From NCBI GenBank assembly GCA_963766735.1, contig CAVYBU010000003.1, positions 256,001 through 320,000 on the forward strand: 64,000 nt of DNA, in the 5' to 3' direction. Below, in pieces: positions 28,937 to 39,036 of this stretch (position 1 is the first letter of the stretch; each line of letters opens with the position of its first letter). The notes below the pieces were generated by a model. It did no database searches, was not told where the DNA came from, and saw nothing but the letters and a program-made list of their open reading frames with translations. This stretch comes from an uncultured Chloroflexia bacterium (lineage in GTDB: Bacteria; Chloroflexota; Limnocylindria; Limnocylindrales; CSP1-4). A program made the position numbers and the translations under genes.

Positions 28937-31900
28937 GTGACCCGGTCGCGCCCCACGCCTTCTTTCGTTCGCCCCCTCGTCTCGGCCCTGCTTGTCTGGG
29001 TACTCGCCGCATCCGCGTTTCCCGTGCCGCCGCCAGTCCTCGCGGCTCACGCTCCGCAACCGCCGCAGGCGGCCAGCAGCATGGACGCCCCTTCGGTGTC
29101 GCCTGCCGATGCGGCTGCCGCTGACGACACGGTGGGTCAGCGCCCCTCGATCGCATACGAGGAGGCGATGGCCCACGCGGACGACGAGATCGCGTTCGAG
29201 CCCGGCGGCAAGGTCACGCTGGGATTCACGCCGCGCGCCGGCGATCGATGGCCTGTGGACGGCCGCGCTCCCGCGGCGCTGCCCTCGGGCCGCGCCACGG
29301 GCGACCAGATGGCCGACAGCGAGCAGGGAACCGCCTGGGTTGACCTCGATGGCGCGGGCCACGAGCCCGCGGCTGGAGACGTGCCATCCTCGCGGGTCGA
29401 TCCCGGCTCTCCGGTGACCGACGCGTCGACGCCGCTCCCGGAACCGAGCGCCGGACCCGATGTCTCCTCCTCCCAGACAACCGCCCCCTCGGCGACCCCG
29501 GGCGAGATTCCCGTGGATGTTCCCGTGGACGCCCCCCCGGACGGTGGCCTGGCCGTTCCCGCGACGGGTGCCGTCTACACGGCACCGGAGCCGGCACCTG
29601 TGTTCGATATGGCCGCGGCCGCCGGACTCAAGCGCCAGGTCTTCGGCTTCCTGCCGTACTGGGAGCTCTCGGGCGCCTCGACCAAGCTCAACTACGACGT
29701 GCTGTCCACCATCGCGTACTTCTCGGTCGGGGCCGATTCCAAGGGCAACCTGCGCAAGAAGAACGCCGACGGGACCACGACCACCGGCTGGGGCGGCTGG
29801 ACCAGCTCGTCCCTGACCTCGGTCATCAACGACGCGCATTCGCACGGCACGCGCGTCGTGCTGACGATCAGCGTCTTCGCCTGGACCACCTCGCAGGCGA
29901 CGGTCCAGAAGGCGCTGCTCGGCTCGTCCACCGCGCGGCTCAACCTTGCGAAGCAGGCCGCCGCCGCCGTCCGCGACCGTGGCGCCGACGGCGTGAACCT
30001 GGACTTCGAGCCGCTGGCGAGCACCTACGCGGACGAGTTCGTCCTGCTTCTCAAGACGATGCGATCGGAGCTCAACAAGGTGCGCTCCGGCTATCAGCTG
30101 ACCTACGACACCACCGGCTACATCGGCAACTACCCACTGGAAGCCTCCGTGGCGGCCGGTGCGGCCGATGCGATCTTCATCATGGGCTACGACTACCGCA
30201 CATCCGGATCCGCCACCGCCGGGTCCATCGACCCGCTGTCCGGCACCGGCTACGACCTCGCCGACACCGTCCGGGCGTACACGGCACGGGTCAGCCCGTC
30301 GCGGATCATCCTGGGCCTGCCGTGGTACGGCCGCGCCTGGTCGACGGTTTCGGACGCCGTCCGATCCAAGAACCAGAGCGGCGAGAAGTACGGCTACAGC
30401 ACCGCGGTCAACTACGAGTCCCTCGTGGACCTCGTGGCCAAGTACGGCCGCCGCTGGGATGCCGCGGAGCAGAGCCCGTACTTCGTGTACCGGCGCGAGA
30501 ACTGCTCCACGACGTATGGATGCGTCACCAGCTGGCGGCAGGTCTACTACGACGATGCCGCGTCGATGAAGCTGCGCTATGCCCTGGTGAACACCTACAA
30601 CCTCCGCGGTTCCGGCCTGTGGGCGCTGGGCTACGACGGAGGCAACCAGGAGCTCTACCGGGCGATCTCGGAGTCATTCCTGGTGGACAAGGCCGCGCCG
30701 CAGGCCGGCGTGAAGACCCTGACCGCCGCACAGACCGACGAGGGTTTCGTCGTGAACTGGACGGCCAGCGACGCGACGGCAGTGGCGACGTTCGACGTCC
30801 AGGTGTCCATCGACGGGGGCGGGTGGGCGGCGTGGATCACCGGGACTCGTGCCACGAGCGACGTCTGGCTGGGCGACGACGGGCACGGCTATGCGTTCCG
30901 CGTGCGGGCCACGGACACCAAGGGCAACGCGGGAACCTGGAACGTCGTCTCCGTGTACAACGCGAAACCGGCGATCACCGTGGGCGGGTTTGGGCGCGTT
31001 GTCGCGGACGGACTCTCGTACCGCACGGGACCCGACACGGCGGCCGGCAAGCTGGGCACCCTGCCCGCGGGCACGATCGTCGCGTTCACCCGTGGACCGG
31101 TCTCGGCCGACGGCTACACCTGGTACGAGGTCACCCAGCCCGTCGCTGAGTGGTCGCCGGTCTCGTTCGTTGAGCGCGGCGTCTGGCTGGCGATCGGATC
31201 GTCCACGACCACGTACGTCACCGCATACCGCGCCCCGAACAGCACCATCGTGGATGCCGGCCTGACCGACATGGACTTCGGCACCGGCCCATCGGCCGTC
31301 GGGACGGCGCCCGGCGCGGTCTCACGGCGACTGCTCTCGCCCGACGGCGACGGCTTCGAGGACAGCCTCCGCCTGCGATGGTCGAACATGCTTGGCTTCG
31401 ACGCGATGCAGCTCAACGTGTACCGCACCGACGGCACGCTTGTCGGATCCCGGACGGTGACAGGCCTCTCTGCCGGGGCGAGGACGTGGGATTGGGACGG
31501 CCGGGTCGGCACTTCGTTCGTGGCCGACGGCCGCTACATGCTTCAACTGGTCGGGACGGCCGCGGGCAGGACCTACCAGGCGCCATCGAGTCGCCCCGTG
31601 ACGACCGCCCAGGTCGCGGCCTACGCTGTCACCGTCGATACCAGCCACCCCCACTCCAGCTACGTCCCGCTCGCCCCGGCCCGGGTGCTCGACACGCGGT
31701 CCGGCAACGGCCTGTCGGGCGCGTTCAAGTCCGGGGTCGCCCGCACCTTCCAGGTCGCGGGCCAGGGCGGGGTGCCCGATGACGCGGTCGCCGTGACCGG
31801 CAACCTCACGGTCACCCGCCAGACGAGCAGCGGCTACGTCGCGCTGACCACGAGCCCCACCAACAGCCCCAAGACCTCCACCCTCAACTTCCCCAAGGGC

Positions 31901-32788
31901 GACACCCGGGCCAACGGCGTCACGGTCCAGCTCGACACGAAGGGCAGGCTCTCGGCCACGTTCCGGGGAGCGTCGGGGGCCACCACCGCGCTCGTGTTCG
32001 ACGTCACCGGCTACTTCCTGGCCGGCACGTCGGGCGCCAGCTACGTCCCGCTCGCCCCGGCCCGGGTGCTCGACACGCGGTCCGGCAACGGCCTGTCGGG
32101 CGCGTTCAAGTCCGGGGTCGCCCGCACCTTCCAGGTCGCGGGCCAGGGCGGGGTGCCCGATGACGCGGTCGCCGTGACCGGCAACCTCACGGTCACCCGC
32201 CAGACGAGCAGCGGCTACGTCGCGCTGACCACGAGCCCCACCAACAGCCCCAAGACCTCCACCCTCAACTTCCCCAAGGGCGACACCCGGGCCAACGGCG
32301 TCACGGTCCAGCTCGACACGAAGGGCAGGCTCTCGGCCACGTTCCGGGGAGCGTCGGGGGCCACCACCGCGCTCGTGTTCGACGTCACCGGCTACTTCCT
32401 GGCCGGCACGTCGGGCGCCAGCTACGTCCCGCTCGCCCCGGCCCGGGTGCTCGACACGCGGTCCGGCAACGGCCTGTCGGGCGCGTTCAAGTCCGGGGTC
32501 GCCCGCACCTTCCAGGTCGCGGGCCAGGGCGGGGTGCCCGATGACGCGGTCGCCGTGACCGGCAACCTCACGGTCACCCGCCAGACGAGCAGCGGCTACG
32601 TCGCGCTGACCACGAGCCCCACCAACAGCCCCAAGACCTCCACCCTCAACTTCCCCAAGGGCGACACCCGGGCCAACGGCGTCACGGTCCAGCTCGACAC
32701 GAAGGGCAGGCTCTCGGCCACGTTCCGGGGAGCGTCGGGGGCCACCACCGCGCTCGTGTTCGACGTCACCGGCTACTTCCTGCCCTGA
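28937..32788 (+). CDS. secreted GH18-like glycoside hydrolase with Fn3-like, SH3-like and FlgD-Ig-like domains and three 127-aa repeats
   Basis: VFGFLPYW, DGVNLDFEP (DxxDxDxE-like), IMGYDY, LGLPWYG, GLWALGYD; WDWDGR...DGRY; GAGGAAG RBS before GTG. Confidence 0.9.
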   Translation: MTRSRPTPSFVRPLVSALLVWVLAASAFPVPPPVLAAHAPQPPQAASSMDAPSVSPADAAAADDTVGQRPSIAYEEAMAHADDEIAFEPGGKVTLGFTPRAGDRWPVDGRAPAALPSGRATGDQMADSEQGTAWVDLDGAGHEPAAGDVPSSRVDPGSPVTDASTPLPEPSAGPDVSSSQTTAPSATPGEIPVDVPVDAPPDGGLAVPATGAVYTAPEPAPVFDMAAAAGLKRQVFGFLPYWELSGASTKLNYDVLSTIAYFSVGADSKGNLRKKNADGTTTTGWGGWTSSSLTSVINDAHSHGTRVVLTISVFAWTTSQATVQKALLGSSTARLNLAKQAAAAVRDRGADGVNLDFEPLASTYADEFVLLLKTMRSELNKVRSGYQLTYDTTGYIGNYPLEASVAAGAADAIFIMGYDYRTSGSATAGSIDPLSGTGYDLADTVRAYTARVSPSRIILGLPWYGRAWSTVSDAVRSKNQSGEKYGYSTAVNYESLVDLVAKYGRRWDAAEQSPYFVYRRENCSTTYGCVTSWRQVYYDDAASMKLRYALVNTYNLRGSGLWALGYDGGNQELYRAISESFLVDKAAPQAGVKTLTAAQTDEGFVVNWTASDATAVATFDVQVSIDGGGWAAWITGTRATSDVWLGDDGHGYAFRVRATDTKGNAGTWNVVSVYNAKPAITVGGFGRVVADGLSYRTGPDTAAGKLGTLPAGTIVAFTRGPVSADGYTWYEVTQPVAEWSPVSFVERGVWLAIGSSTTTYVTAYRAPNSTIVDAGLTDMDFGTGPSAVGTAPGAVSRRLLSPDGDGFEDSLRLRWSNMLGFDAMQLNVYRTDGTLVGSRTVTGLSAGARTWDWDGRVGTSFVADGRYMLQLVGTAAGRTYQAPSSRPVTTAQVAAYAVTVDTSHPHSSYVPLAPARVLDTRSGNGLSGAFKSGVARTFQVAGQGGVPDDAVAVTGNLTVTRQTSSGYVALTTSPTNSPKTSTLNFPKGDTRANGVTVQLDTKGRLSATFRGASGATTALVFDVTGYFLAGTSGASYVPLAPARVLDTRSGNGLSGAFKSGVARTFQVAGQGGVPDDAVAVTGNLTVTRQTSSGYVALTTSPTNSPKTSTLNFPKGDTRANGVTVQLDTKGRLSATFRGASGATTALVFDVTGYFLAGTSGASYVPLAPARVLDTRSGNGLSGAFKSGVARTFQVAGQGGVPDDAVAVTGNLTVTRQTSSGYVALTTSPTNSPKTSTLNFPKGDTRANGVTVQLDTKGRLSATFRGASGATTALVFDVTGYFLP
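31656..32782 (+). repeat. tandem intragenic repeat, 381-bp period, ~3 copies
   Basis: copies begin at 31656, 32037, 32418; appear identical by eye. Confidence 0.97.
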
Positions 32789-32842
32789 TACCCCGGGGGC
32801 CATCATCGACCGCCTCCGGGCCGGCCAGTACACTCAGCCGAC

Positions 32843-33643
32843 ATGACGATCGATCACGCCTCGCCTGATCCCGCCTCGGCCGAGCGCGCCGTCCGCACGA
32901 TCGGTGCCGGCACCTGGGTGGTCCTGCCCACGTACAACGAGGCGGGCAACCTCCCCGACATCTCGGTGGCGATCCTCGAGGCGCTGCCGGGTGCGGTCCT
33001 GCTGGTGGTGGACGACGCGTCACCGGACGGGACGGGCGACCTGGCCGACGGGCTGGCCGCGGCCGACGCGCGGATCCGCGTCCGCCACCGAGCAGCCAAG
33101 GAGGGGCTCGGCCGCGCCTATCTCGACGGCTTCGGCATCGCGCTGGCCGCCAGTGCCGCATCCGTTGTCCAGATGGACGCCGACTGGTCGCACGACCCGG
33201 CGGCGCTCCCGGGCCTGGTGGCGCCCCTGATGGACGGGCGGGCCGACCTGGTGATCGGGTCACGGTACGTGAGCGGCGGAGGCGTGACCGACTGGGGTCT
33301 GTTCCGGCGGCTGGTCTCGCGCGGCGGGTCCATCTTCGCGCGGACCGTCCTGGGGCTGCGTCCGCACGATCTGACGGGAGGCTTCAAGGCCTGGCGCGCG
33401 AGCACCCTCGCGGCCGTCCCCTTCGATGGCGTGCGTGCCGGCGGCTACGTGTTCCAGATCGAGATGACCTACCGCGCGTCCCGCCTCGGCGCCCGTGTGG
33501 TCGAGGTCCCGATCACCTTCCGGGACCGCCGGATCGGCCAGTCGAAGATGAGCCGGCGGATCATCGTGGAAGCACTGCTGGTCGTCATCACGCTGCGCTG
33601 GGACGAGCTGCGTCGCCGTCGACCGCGCCGGCCCGGCCGGTGA
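32843..33643 (+). CDS. polyprenol monophosphomannose synthase (GT2, DPM1-like)
   Basis: VLPTYNE, VVDDASPDGTG, QMDADWSH, GSRY, EVPITFRDRR.G.SKM. Confidence 0.92.
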   Translation: MTIDHASPDPASAERAVRTIGAGTWVVLPTYNEAGNLPDISVAILEALPGAVLLVVDDASPDGTGDLADGLAAADARIRVRHRAAKEGLGRAYLDGFGIALAASAASVVQMDADWSHDPAALPGLVAPLMDGRADLVIGSRYVSGGGVTDWGLFRRLVSRGGSIFARTVLGLRPHDLTGGFKAWRASTLAAVPFDGVRAGGYVFQIEMTYRASRLGARVVEVPITFRDRRIGQSKMSRRIIVEALLVVITLRWDELRRRRPRRPGR

Positions 33644-34923
33644 CCTCACCCGGCGGTCGGCACGGCTGGCGCCCGGGATCGGCTCCGGTCGAGCACGCCG
33701 CGTCCCCCGGCGTCCGCATCGTCATCGACGTCCGGCCGCTGCAGGATCCGGAGCGCGCGCCGCTGACGGCCGCCTACCTCGATGGCCTGCTGGGCGCGCT
33801 GGATGCCGATCCCCGCGACGGCGAGTCGTTCGCCTTCATGCTGGCGATGGGACGCGAGGACCCGACGACCCGCTGGTCGAACCTGGACGTCGTGGGCAGG
33901 CGGCTGCTGCCGCCCACGCGCCTGCTCCGATCAGGGGCGCTGACCGTGGATCCCCTGATGCTCCGCGGGGCGTCCGTCGGGGCGGGCTGGAACGCCGAGC
34001 TGGGCGGTGCGTCCGGAACCGTCTACCACGCTGCCGCGGGGGCGCTGCCGATCGGTTCCCGGATTCCGGTGGTGGCGACGCTCCTGGACCTGGCTCCCTG
34101 GGCGATGCCGGACGAGTACCAGCGCGGGATCGCGGCGCGGTTCGGCCAGCGGCTGCGGGCCCGGATCCTGAAGGACGCCGCCGCCGTCATCGTCCCGGGC
34201 AAGGCGACCGCAGCGGAGGCCAAGCGCCTGCTCCACGTCCGATCGGCCCGGCTGCGGGTGGTTCCGCTCGCCGCCCGGCCGGCGTTCCGCCCCGAGGCCG
34301 CCGCCGGGGCGCCGGCCGAGCGGTCCCGGCTGGGTCTGGGCGATCGATATGCGGTCTACGCGGGCCGGTACGACGCCCGCCAGGATCTGCCGACCCTGCT
34401 CGATGCCCTTGCTCGCCTCGCCGCAGAGCCCGCGCCGCTCGGGGTGGCATCCGGGGACTGGCCTCCACGCGTGTGCCTCGTGGGGGCGTCGCCGGCCGAC
34501 CGCGCGTCACTCTCCCGCGCGGCGGTGAAGACCGGGATGGCCGACGCGATCGTCTATGCCCAGGGAATGGATGACGACCGCCTTGCCGCCCTGGTGGCCG
34601 GGTCGCGGCTCCTGGTGCTGCCGGTTCGGTCAGAGGCATCGGGCTTCTCGGCGCTGGACGCGCTGGCAGCGGGTGTGCCGGTCGTCGCGAGTGCCGTCGG
34701 CGTGCTGCCGGAGATCGTGGGCGCAGCCGGGATCCTCGTGGATCCGGGTGATCCGGCCCGCCTGGCAACCGCGATCCGCGCCGCCTGGGGGGACGATGAC
34801 CTGCACGCGTCGTTGGTGGCGGCCGCGGCCGAACGGCCCGCGGCCCGGCGAAGCTGGGCTGACGTGGCGCGGGAGACCCGCGCGATCTGGTCCGAGGTGG
34901 CCCGGCGGGCGCCGCTGATCTAG
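33640..34923 (+). CDS. glycosyltransferase family 4
   Basis: degenerate E-x7-E motif (SEASGFSALDALAAGVPVVAS), LPEIVG.AG.LVDP. Confidence 0.85.
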   Translation: MTSPGGRHGWRPGSAPVEHAASPGVRIVIDVRPLQDPERAPLTAAYLDGLLGALDADPRDGESFAFMLAMGREDPTTRWSNLDVVGRRLLPPTRLLRSGALTVDPLMLRGASVGAGWNAELGGASGTVYHAAAGALPIGSRIPVVATLLDLAPWAMPDEYQRGIAARFGQRLRARILKDAAAVIVPGKATAAEAKRLLHVRSARLRVVPLAARPAFRPEAAAGAPAERSRLGLGDRYAVYAGRYDARQDLPTLLDALARLAAEPAPLGVASGDWPPRVCLVGASPADRASLSRAAVKTGMADAIVYAQGMDDDRLAALVAGSRLLVLPVRSEASGFSALDALAAGVPVVASAVGVLPEIVGAAGILVDPGDPARLATAIRAAWGDDDLHASLVAAAAERPAARRSWADVARETRAIWSEVARRAPLI

Positions 34924-36158
34924 GGATCCAGGCCGGCAGCCACCGCCTGCGGCGCCGGCCGGACCGGCACCTTGCCGTTCTTGATGGTGATCTTCGTTCC
35001 CGCGGGCACCACCTGCACGAAGGTCTGGCCCATCGTCAGGGTCACCGGCTTCCCGTCCTTCGTGAAGAAGCGGGTGGCACCGGTGAGGGAGCTCTTCTTC
35101 CACGTTCCCTTGACGGTCTTGCCGTTCGTGGCGATCCAGGCCGTGCCGGTGCCCGTGAACTGTGCTTCCAGGCGGTGCTTCGTGGACCCGTCGTTGAGTG
35201 GCCCGAACCGCATGAGCATGATCACGACGTTCTTCGGACCGATCCGCTCCTTGGTGCCGGCGTCCACCTGCTTGCCCTCGCGCGTGACCGTGCGGAGCCA
35301 CCGGTTCGATTTTCGGTCGTACGCGTAGGTGATCTTGTTCGCGAGGTACGGGACGACGAGCTTGCTGCCCTCGGGCCGTCTGTCGAGCTGGGCGTCGGGG
35401 GCGAATTCCCAGGCCGCCTTGTAGTCCATCGACTTGGCGCCCACGGCCTTGGCGAGGGCGCGGAGCTTCTTGGCGTCCGAGTACACGTTGTGCGGTGCCC
35501 ACCGCTCCTTGATCCGGTACAGGTAGCGGCCGCCCCAGCGAAACTCGTCGGCGTCGTACACGACCTTGCCCTTGCCCTGGGAGGACCGGAGCAGCGCGAG
35601 CGCCTGCGGCGAGCCGCCGGCGTGGACGTAGACCGACCGCCACTCAGCCGCCCAGGCGATGAAGTAGAGGCGCGAGCTGCGGACCGGGCCGACGGACGGC
35701 GGGTCCGTGTCCTGGAACAGGGCCATGTAGCGCGGGATCCCACCCTCCGCTGGGGCCTGCCAGACGACGCCCGCCCTGCTGAGGCCGGACTGCGGCCGGG
35801 CGGCGGACTGGTCGTCGATCATCACCGCGATGACGTGGCGTTTCGCCACCGCCTCGGTGACCGGCAGGCCGGTGAGGGGAGCGGCGACGATTCGAGGGGT
35901 GGGCTCCGGGGTTGGGGTGGGCTCGGGTGTCGGCGATGGAGTCGGGGTCGGCTCGGGGGTGGGCGTTGGCTGTGGTGTTGGCGTCGGTTCCCGCGTGGGG
36001 GCCTGGGCCACTGACGGCGATGCCCCAGGGCTCACGATGGCCTGGGCGGGAGCAGGGGAGCTGGCGGGCCCGAGCGCCAGGTTGCCCGCGACCACGCCGA
36101 CGACAACGCCCAGGGTGAGGGTGGCGGCGGCCAGCAGGACCACGATCCGACGATTCAT
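34920..36158 (-). CDS. DUF3048 domain protein with Pro/Thr linker
   Basis: PLTG, AVMIDD...ARPQSGL, EGGIPR, GPVRSSR, APHNVY. Confidence 0.88.
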   Translation of the reverse strand: MNRRIVVLLAAATLTLGVVVGVVAGNLALGPASSPAPAQAIVSPGASPSVAQAPTREPTPTPQPTPTPEPTPTPSPTPEPTPTPEPTPRIVAAPLTGLPVTEAVAKRHVIAVMIDDQSAARPQSGLSRAGVVWQAPAEGGIPRYMALFQDTDPPSVGPVRSSRLYFIAWAAEWRSVYVHAGGSPQALALLRSSQGKGKVVYDADEFRWGGRYLYRIKERWAPHNVYSDAKKLRALAKAVGAKSMDYKAAWEFAPDAQLDRRPEGSKLVVPYLANKITYAYDRKSNRWLRTVTREGKQVDAGTKERIGPKNVVIMLMRFGPLNDGSTKHRLEAQFTGTGTAWIATNGKTVKGTWKKSSLTGATRFFTKDGKPVTLTMGQTFVQVVPAGTKITIKNGKVPVRPAPQAVAAGLDP

Positions 36159-36436
36159 CGGGTTCGGGTGCCCTGGATGTGGCAGATCAAGATGCTGGTC
36201 CCCGGTCACAGCCTACGGAGATGCAACCACCGGGCGGACCACACGGCCCGCCGGTCCGGCCGGAGGATATCCCAAGAAGCGGGGGATCACCCGCGACGGC
36301 TCATGGGCGATGCGGACGTCACGCCGGCGGCCGGCCCCGGGTCGATACGTCGATTGGGACCTCCGGCCGTGGGCGGGCGGGCGCCGCTGGGGTAGGCTCC
36401 ATGCCACCGGCCCACCCGTGCACCGCGAGGATCCCC

Positions 36437-37072
36437 ATGACAGAAGAGACACCCAGCCCTACGAAGCCCTCCCGCCGGCGAACGCCCAAGGGCGACGTGC
36501 CGCCCGCGGTCGCGGCCCCGGTCGACCAGCCTGGCGTGGAGCAGGGAGCCGCCCCCGCGGTGGATGCCGACGCCCCGGCCCCCGCCGAGCCGGCCCCCGT
36601 CACCGCGGCCGAGCCGGCCCCCGCGCCCGTCACCGCCATCTCGAGCCTCCGCCTCGAGCGTGGCGGTATCGGTGAGGCAACCGCCGAGACCGTCGAGGTC
36701 CGGATAGGCGGCATCGGCGCGCTGGATGCCGACGACGTCTTCGTCCAGCTCGGAGGCGTGGGTGCCGCGAAGGCCGAGCGCGTGAGCGTGGAGTTCGGGT
36801 CGGTTGGCGCCGCGATGACCGGCGAGCTTCGTGTCACCCAGGGGTACGCCGGGAGCGTCCTCGCCCGCGAGGCAACAATCGAGCAGAGCTTCGTCCGGAT
36901 GCTTGTCGCCCAGCGGGTGCACATCGCGCGTCCAAGCGCCGTGTTCGTGATCATCGCCAAGCAGGTCTCGGGCGAGATCCGGCCGCTCCTGGATTGGCGG
37001 GGTGCGCTCGCCTTCGGTGCGGCGTTCGGGCTGGTCTCAGGCCTGGCGGGCCTGGCGCGTCGCAGAGGCTAG
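36437..37072 (+). CDS. hypothetical protein with beta-helix-like repeats and C-terminal TM
   Basis: GAGG RBS; repeated GGIG/GGVG/GSVG units; LDWRGALAFGAAFG. Confidence 0.78.
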   Translation: MTEETPSPTKPSRRRTPKGDVPPAVAAPVDQPGVEQGAAPAVDADAPAPAEPAPVTAAEPAPAPVTAISSLRLERGGIGEATAETVEVRIGGIGALDADDVFVQLGGVGAAKAERVSVEFGSVGAAMTGELRVTQGYAGSVLAREATIEQSFVRMLVAQRVHIARPSAVFVIIAKQVSGEIRPLLDWRGALAFGAAFGLVSGLAGLARRRG

Positions 37073-37127
37073 ACCAGGCCTGGTGGGCCAGGCGCGTCGC
37101 AGAGGCTAGACCAGGGCTGGCGGGCCC
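37039..37127. repeat. 37-bp tandem duplication across a gene 3' end (~2.4 copies)
   Basis: ggcgcgtcgcagaggctagaccagg at 37054 and 37091. Confidence 0.85.
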
Positions 37128-37205
37128 GATCACCGTCCCAACCGACACCAGGCCGGGCCTGGCGATACCGCATGCAGGCGTCCAGGGCGTCCCGGACCAC
37201 CCGGC

Positions 37206-38045
37206 TCAAGGTGTCCGGCGGGCCTTGCCTGGCTGGACCTTCGCCGCGGAGAAGACTCCCGCCGCGATCTGCTCGGCTCGACGCTGCGCGGAGCGCTCCT
37301 GGTGGAGGGCGACAACGTCCACGGGCGCGCCCTCCAGGATGAGGTGGCCCTTTTCGATCAGCATCGCCCGGTTGCAGTACTCCGTGACCCAGTTCATGTC
37401 GTGGGTCACCAGGACGATGGCCTTGGCCTCCCGCACGAGCTCGCCGACCCGCTCCTTGGACTTCTCGCGGAAGGCGGCGTCGCCGGTGGCCAGGACCTCG
37501 TCCAGGAGCAGGATGTCCGGTTCCACCGAAGTCGCGATCGAGAAGCCCAGGCGGGCGCGCATGCCGGACGAGTAGGTCTTGAGAGGTGCGTCGATGAAGT
37601 CGCCCAGGTCCGCGTAGTCCACGATCCCCGGTAGCTTCTGCTCCACCAGTCGGTGGTCCAGGCCCATGAACGCGCCGGCCAGGCGGATGTTGTCCGTGCC
37701 GCTCAGGTCCTGGTCGAAGCCGACGCCGAGGGTGAGCAGGCTGGAGATGTGGCCGTCCACCGCCACGTCGCCTTCGGACGGCGTGATGATCCCCGCGAGG
37801 ACCTGCAGGAGGGTGCTCTTGCCCGCGCCGTTGGGCCCGATGACGCCAAGCGACTCGCCCTGGCGGACGGCGAAGGAGACCTCGCGCAGGGCCCAGAACG
37901 AGGTGTCACCCTCGCGCCGGACGCGCCGGACGACCGTCTGCTTGAGGGTCTGCTTCTTGGTCAGGCGCAGGTTGTACTTGACGCCCAGGTTCCGGGCCTC
38001 GATCGCGGTTGTTTCCGAGGCGAAGGCGGGCATGGAGAGCGTCAT
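37206..38045 (-). CDS. polysaccharide ABC exporter ATP-binding subunit (Wzt/TagH-like)
   Basis: FWALREVSF, GPNGAGKST, YSSGMRARLGF, LLLDE, VTH. Confidence 0.93.
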   Translation of the reverse strand: MTLSMPAFASETTAIEARNLGVKYNLRLTKKQTLKQTVVRRVRREGDTSFWALREVSFAVRQGESLGVIGPNGAGKSTLLQVLAGIITPSEGDVAVDGHISSLLTLGVGFDQDLSGTDNIRLAGAFMGLDHRLVEQKLPGIVDYADLGDFIDAPLKTYSSGMRARLGFSIATSVEPDILLLDEVLATGDAAFREKSKERVGELVREAKAIVLVTHDMNWVTEYCNRAMLIEKGHLILEGAPVDVVALHQERSAQRRAEQIAAGVFSAAKVQPGKARRTP

Positions 38046-38908
38046 AGGACCTTCGCGAAGGACGGCTCGAGCCGCTTGAACAGGAGGATGGCGAGGGCGA
38101 GCAGGACCAGCGACACGAGCAGGACGACCAGCAGCGGCCCCCATTCCGGCGCCCGACCATAGTAGATGAGGTCCCGGTAGCCGCCCAGCAGGTAGGTCCA
38201 GGGATTGATGGCGTACCAGAACGCGACGCCCTCGTGGTTCTTGGCGAGCTTGGTCACCTCCTCGAGACCGTACAGGGCAGGCGACAGGTAGAACCAGAAG
38301 CGCAGGAGGTGCCGGGACAGGTTGCCGATGTCCCGGTAGAAGACGTTGACCGCGGCCAGCGCGGTCGCCACCGCCAGCGAGAACACCAGCTGGACGACAG
38401 CCACCACCGGGATGAGCAGGACCCACAGCGACGCACGCTCCGGGTAGGCGATCACCATCAGCGCGGTCAGCGGGATGAGGCCGAATGCGAAGTGGACGAT
38501 GCCGGAGACGGTGGTCGCGAACGGCAGCACGAGCTTCGGGAAGTAGATCTGCTTGACCAGGCGCTCCTGGGTCGCAACGGAGCCCACGCCGTCGCGGACG
38601 GTCGACTCGAACCATTTCCAGGGCAGGATCGCGGCCAGGATGAACAGCGGATAGTCGGGCCCGCCCCGCTGCAGGATGACGCCCACCAGCACGTAGTAGA
38701 CGAGCATCTGGAGCAGGGGATCGATGATCCACCAGACGTTGCCCAGCAACGTGTCCGCGCCGCTCTTCTTGAGGTCGGCACGTACCAGGTATGCGATAAG
38801 CCGCCGGCGGGACAGCGTCTCCCTGATGCCGAGGCGGATGAGCGCGAGCGATCCGGGCCGTACCGACGACGACCGGAACGAGGCGGGGACCTCGGAACGG
38901 GCAGTCAC
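38042..38908 (-). CDS. polysaccharide ABC exporter permease (Wzm/TagG-like)
   Basis: LGNVWWIIDPL, LVKQIYFP, FYRDI, FYLSPALY, NP. Confidence 0.92.
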   Translation of the reverse strand: MTARSEVPASFRSSSVRPGSLALIRLGIRETLSRRRLIAYLVRADLKKSGADTLLGNVWWIIDPLLQMLVYYVLVGVILQRGGPDYPLFILAAILPWKWFESTVRDGVGSVATQERLVKQIYFPKLVLPFATTVSGIVHFAFGLIPLTALMVIAYPERASLWVLLIPVVAVVQLVFSLAVATALAAVNVFYRDIGNLSRHLLRFWFYLSPALYGLEEVTKLAKNHEGVAFWYAINPWTYLLGGYRDLIYYGRAPEWGPLLVVLLVSLVLLALAILLFKRLEPSFAKVL

Positions 38909-39036
38909 GGCCGGGAGGGTAGCACACGGGCCGCCCTGCCCAGACACGCGTGAGCATGGGGTACCATCGCGCCGCGCCGACCATCGCACGCATTCGTCGC
39001 GGCGACGGCCACCACCAACGAGGATCCTCCGGCCCC

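Noticed and set aside
27504-32782. Repeat pairs as DGR template/variable regions
   Set aside because: No reverse transcriptase in the window, and differences are not confined to adenine positions
35895-35995. Pro/Thr-encoding quasi-repeats (also ~53300-53360, 57600-57640)
   Set aside because: Ordinary low-complexity linkers of secreted proteins
37039-37127. 37-bp repeats as a mini CRISPR array
   Set aside because: Units are contiguous with no unique spacers, overlap a gene end, and no cas genes are present
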